Origin: Rhabdothermincola salaria
GTDB lineage: Bacteria > Actinomycetota > Acidimicrobiia > Acidimicrobiales > Acidimicrobilacustridaceae
DNA length: 64,000 bases
NCBI RefSeq assembly: GCF_021246445.1
Contig: NZ_JAJQXW010000005.1
Coordinates: 1-64,000 of the forward strand
Reading direction: 5' to 3'
Shown piece by piece: positions 61,639-64,000 of the stretch. The notes beneath the pieces are model-generated. The model was not told where the DNA came from. It did no database searches and saw only the letters and a list, made by a program, of their open reading frames with translations. Numbering within the stretch: the first letter of the stretch is position 1; every line of letters begins with the position of its first letter. The position numbers and the translations under genes are program-made.

Positions 61639-61706
61639 GTCGAGCCGAGTCGAGCCGAGCCGAGCCGAGCCGAGCCGAGCCGAGCCGAGCCGAGCCGAGC
61701 CGAGCC
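61637..61706. repeat. Pentanucleotide microsatellite (GAGYC)14
   Basis: GAGTC GAGCC GAGTC then 11 x GAGCC. Confidence 0.97.
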
Positions 61707-61843
61707 CGGGGCCGCCGGCCCCGGGCTCGTCGGCATCGCGCCGCTCGCCTTCGGCCTCCCCACCGGGCACACCCCCACCGTGCGCAGCGTCGACCCTCGT
61801 CGCTGGGTGACGCCGTCGTTCGGTGGGCCTACGGTGGCCGTCC

Positions 61844-63535
61844 ATGCACGACCTGGTGATCCGTGGGGGCATGGTGGTCGACGGCACGGGAGCGGGCCCG
61901 GTGGCCGCCGACGTGGCCGTCGAGGGCGACACGATCGTCGCCGTCGGTCCTGACGTCGGGCGGGGTCGACGCACGCTCGACGCCGACGGCCGGCTGGTGA
62001 CCCCGGGGTTCGTCGATCTGCACACCCACCTCGACGCCCAGCTGGGGTGGGACCCATTGGCCACCTCGTCGTGCTGGCACGGCGTGACCTCCCTGGTGAT
62101 CGGCAACTGCGGCGTCACCTTCGCCCCCGTCCGCGCCGGCGACGCCGGCTACCTGGCCCGGATGATGGAGTCGGTCGAGGACATCCCGGCCGACTCGATC
62201 CTCGCCGGGCTGCCGTTCAGCTGGGAGAGCTACGGGCAGTACCTCGACTGGCTGGGCTCGACGCCGAAGGGGGTCAACGTCGGGGGCATGGTCGGGCACT
62301 GCGCGGTGCGCTACCACGCCATGGGGGAGCGTTCCCTCGATCCCGACGCCGTCCCCACCGACGCGGAGCTGGCCGTCATGGTGGGTGCCGTCGACGAGGC
62401 CATGGCCGCCGGCGCCCTGGGCTTCTCCACCTCGCGGACCCGCCGGCACGTGGCCCCCGACGGTCGCAACGTGCCCGGCACCTGGGCCACCGAGACCGAG
62501 CTGGTGGCCCTGGCCGACGCCGTCGGTGCCCACGGACGCGGCTTCTTCGGCGCCGCCCCCCGCTTCGACGGCGACGGACCCGGCGTCGAACGGGCCCGCT
62601 CGGAGGTGGCGCTCATGGCCGCGATGAGCCGGACCGCGGGGCGCCCGTTCACCTTCAACCTGACCAACACCTTCTCCGACCCCGACCTGTGGCGCCAGAC
62701 CCTCGGGTTCGTGGCCGGTGCCAACGCCGCCGGGGCTCGCCTGCGGCCCCAGACCACCTCTCGGGGCATCGGCGTGGTGTTCAGCCTCGACCACGCCACG
62801 CCGTTCGACAGCCGACCTGGTTGGGAAGCCCTCTCCGGGCTCGACGCCCGGACCAAGGCGGCGGCGATGACCGATCCCGACGTGCACGCCGCCCTCGTCG
62901 CCGAGGGCGACGGCCCCGCCGGCGTCGATGCCTGGCGCGACTTCTACGTGCTCACCCCCGAGCGGGGGGCTCGCTACGACTGCGATCCCGCCAGCAGCCT
63001 GGCGGCGCATGCCGAGCGGGCCGGCACCAGCGCGGTGGAGGCCTACGTCGACCTCTGCGTGGCCCACGACGGGCAGGTCGTCCTCAACTGGCCGGTGCTC
63101 AACCAGGACTTCGGGGTGATCGCCGAGATGCTCACCGACCCCCTGGTGATGATGGGGTTGGCCGACGCCGGCGCCCACGTCGGCCAGATCCTCGACGCCA
63201 GCCAGCCCACCTTCTTCCTCTCCTACTGGGTGCGCGAGCGAGGCCTGGTCGACATCGGCGAAGGGGTGCGGCGCATCACCTCCGACACCGCCGCCTTCGC
63301 CGGGCTGACCGGCCGGGGGGTGGTGCGCCCCGGGGCCCGGGCCGACCTCAACGTGGTCGACCTCGATGCCCTGCACCTGCCGCTACCGCAGTACGTGCGC
63401 GACTTCCCCGGCGACGCCGGTCGCTTCGTGCAGCGAGCCGAGGGCTACGGCTGGACCCTGGTGAACGGCCAGGTGTTCATGGAGGACGGCAGGCACACCG
63501 GGGTGCTGGCCGGGCGGCCCCTGCGCGCCGCCTGA
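61844..63535 (+). CDS. Amidohydrolase, N-acyl-D-amino-acid deacylase family
   Basis: DLVIRGG.VVDGTG, PGFVDLHTH, GNCG, GALGFST, DAGAH, RADLNV. Confidence 0.9.
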   Translation: MHDLVIRGGMVVDGTGAGPVAADVAVEGDTIVAVGPDVGRGRRTLDADGRLVTPGFVDLHTHLDAQLGWDPLATSSCWHGVTSLVIGNCGVTFAPVRAGDAGYLARMMESVEDIPADSILAGLPFSWESYGQYLDWLGSTPKGVNVGGMVGHCAVRYHAMGERSLDPDAVPTDAELAVMVGAVDEAMAAGALGFSTSRTRRHVAPDGRNVPGTWATETELVALADAVGAHGRGFFGAAPRFDGDGPGVERARSEVALMAAMSRTAGRPFTFNLTNTFSDPDLWRQTLGFVAGANAAGARLRPQTTSRGIGVVFSLDHATPFDSRPGWEALSGLDARTKAAAMTDPDVHAALVAEGDGPAGVDAWRDFYVLTPERGARYDCDPASSLAAHAERAGTSAVEAYVDLCVAHDGQVVLNWPVLNQDFGVIAEMLTDPLVMMGLADAGAHVGQILDASQPTFFLSYWVRERGLVDIGEGVRRITSDTAAFAGLTGRGVVRPGARADLNVVDLDALHLPLPQYVRDFPGDAGRFVQRAEGYGWTLVNGQVFMEDGRHTGVLAGRPLRAA

Positions 63536-63576
63536 GCACGCCGGGGCGGCGTCGAGCACCCGGCTGGCAGGCGGGT

Positions 63577-63966
63577 TCAGCCCGGGGGGAGGGCGCGGGT
63601 CGGTCCCTGCCGCCACGCCACGCTCGATGCGAACCCGGCCGCCGCGACCATGGCGATGGCCACGCCGAAGATCACGCGGAGCGGCCACAGGAGCCCGCCT
63701 CCGGCGGCGATGACGGCCCACACCATGGCGCCACCGAGGAAGGCCAGCCCGGCGCTGCGGGGGGTGACGCGGACGGAGCGGCCGATCACGGCGCCCACCA
63801 CCACGCCGGTCACGGGGAGCAGCACGAGCCCGAGCCACCCCAGCGGCAGTACCCACGCCACGATGCGCACGCCGATGCCGCAGGCCAGGCCGATCACCAG
63901 GCACTGGGCCACCCCGCGGGTGGTGGGCTGGGCCGGTGGGGGGTTGGTGGCCGGGGTGCGGTCCAT
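63577..63966 (-). CDS. Small membrane protein (~4 TM), unknown function
   Basis: 129-aa hydrophobic ORF; CACACT-N6-ATG upstream. Confidence 0.6.
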   Translation of the reverse strand: MDRTPATNPPPAQPTTRGVAQCLVIGLACGIGVRIVAWVLPLGWLGLVLLPVTGVVVGAVIGRSVRVTPRSAGLAFLGGAMVWAVIAAGGGLLWPLRVIFGVAIAMVAAAGFASSVAWRQGPTRALPPG

Positions 63967-64000
63967 CGTCCCAGTGTGCCTGCTGGGGCCCTCGGCCGGG

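Noticed and set aside
61635..61859. 74-aa ORF with (AEPSR)n repeats
   Set aside because: Just the translation of the GAGCC microsatellite.

Overview
Very GC-rich actinobacterial chromosomal segment; gene content and order suggest class Acidimicrobiia (inference). About 1-19.7 kb is the ribosomal superoperon: 3' end of tuf, rpsJ, then an unexpected ~1.9 kb interruption (terminator, SDR gene, complex palindromic/tandem repeat block, new promoter and long leader), then rplC through rplQ, truA and rplM-rpsI. About 19.8-39.4 kb is the conserved actinobacterial glmM-glmS-acpS/nnr-alr-tsaE-tsaB-rimI-tsaD-groES-groEL-guaB3-guaA neighbourhood. It includes a nearly double-length GlmS, an AcpS-NnrE-NnrD triple fusion and tandem CIRCE operators. 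About 39.4-64 kb is mostly accessory: PLP enzymes, MarR, SDRs, an F420-type LLM oxidoreductase, rifampin ADP-ribosyltransferase Arr, PcrA/UvrD with a 352-aa intein (atypical C-terminus, GIY-YIG-like insert), a DUF222-HNH gene with a LexA-like box, a ligand-less Rieske-like membrane protein, sucCD, an AfsR/SARP regulator with candidate heptamer operator, and an amidohydrolase. No rRNA, tRNA or CRISPR array was seen. All calls come from reading motifs by eye; no searches were run.
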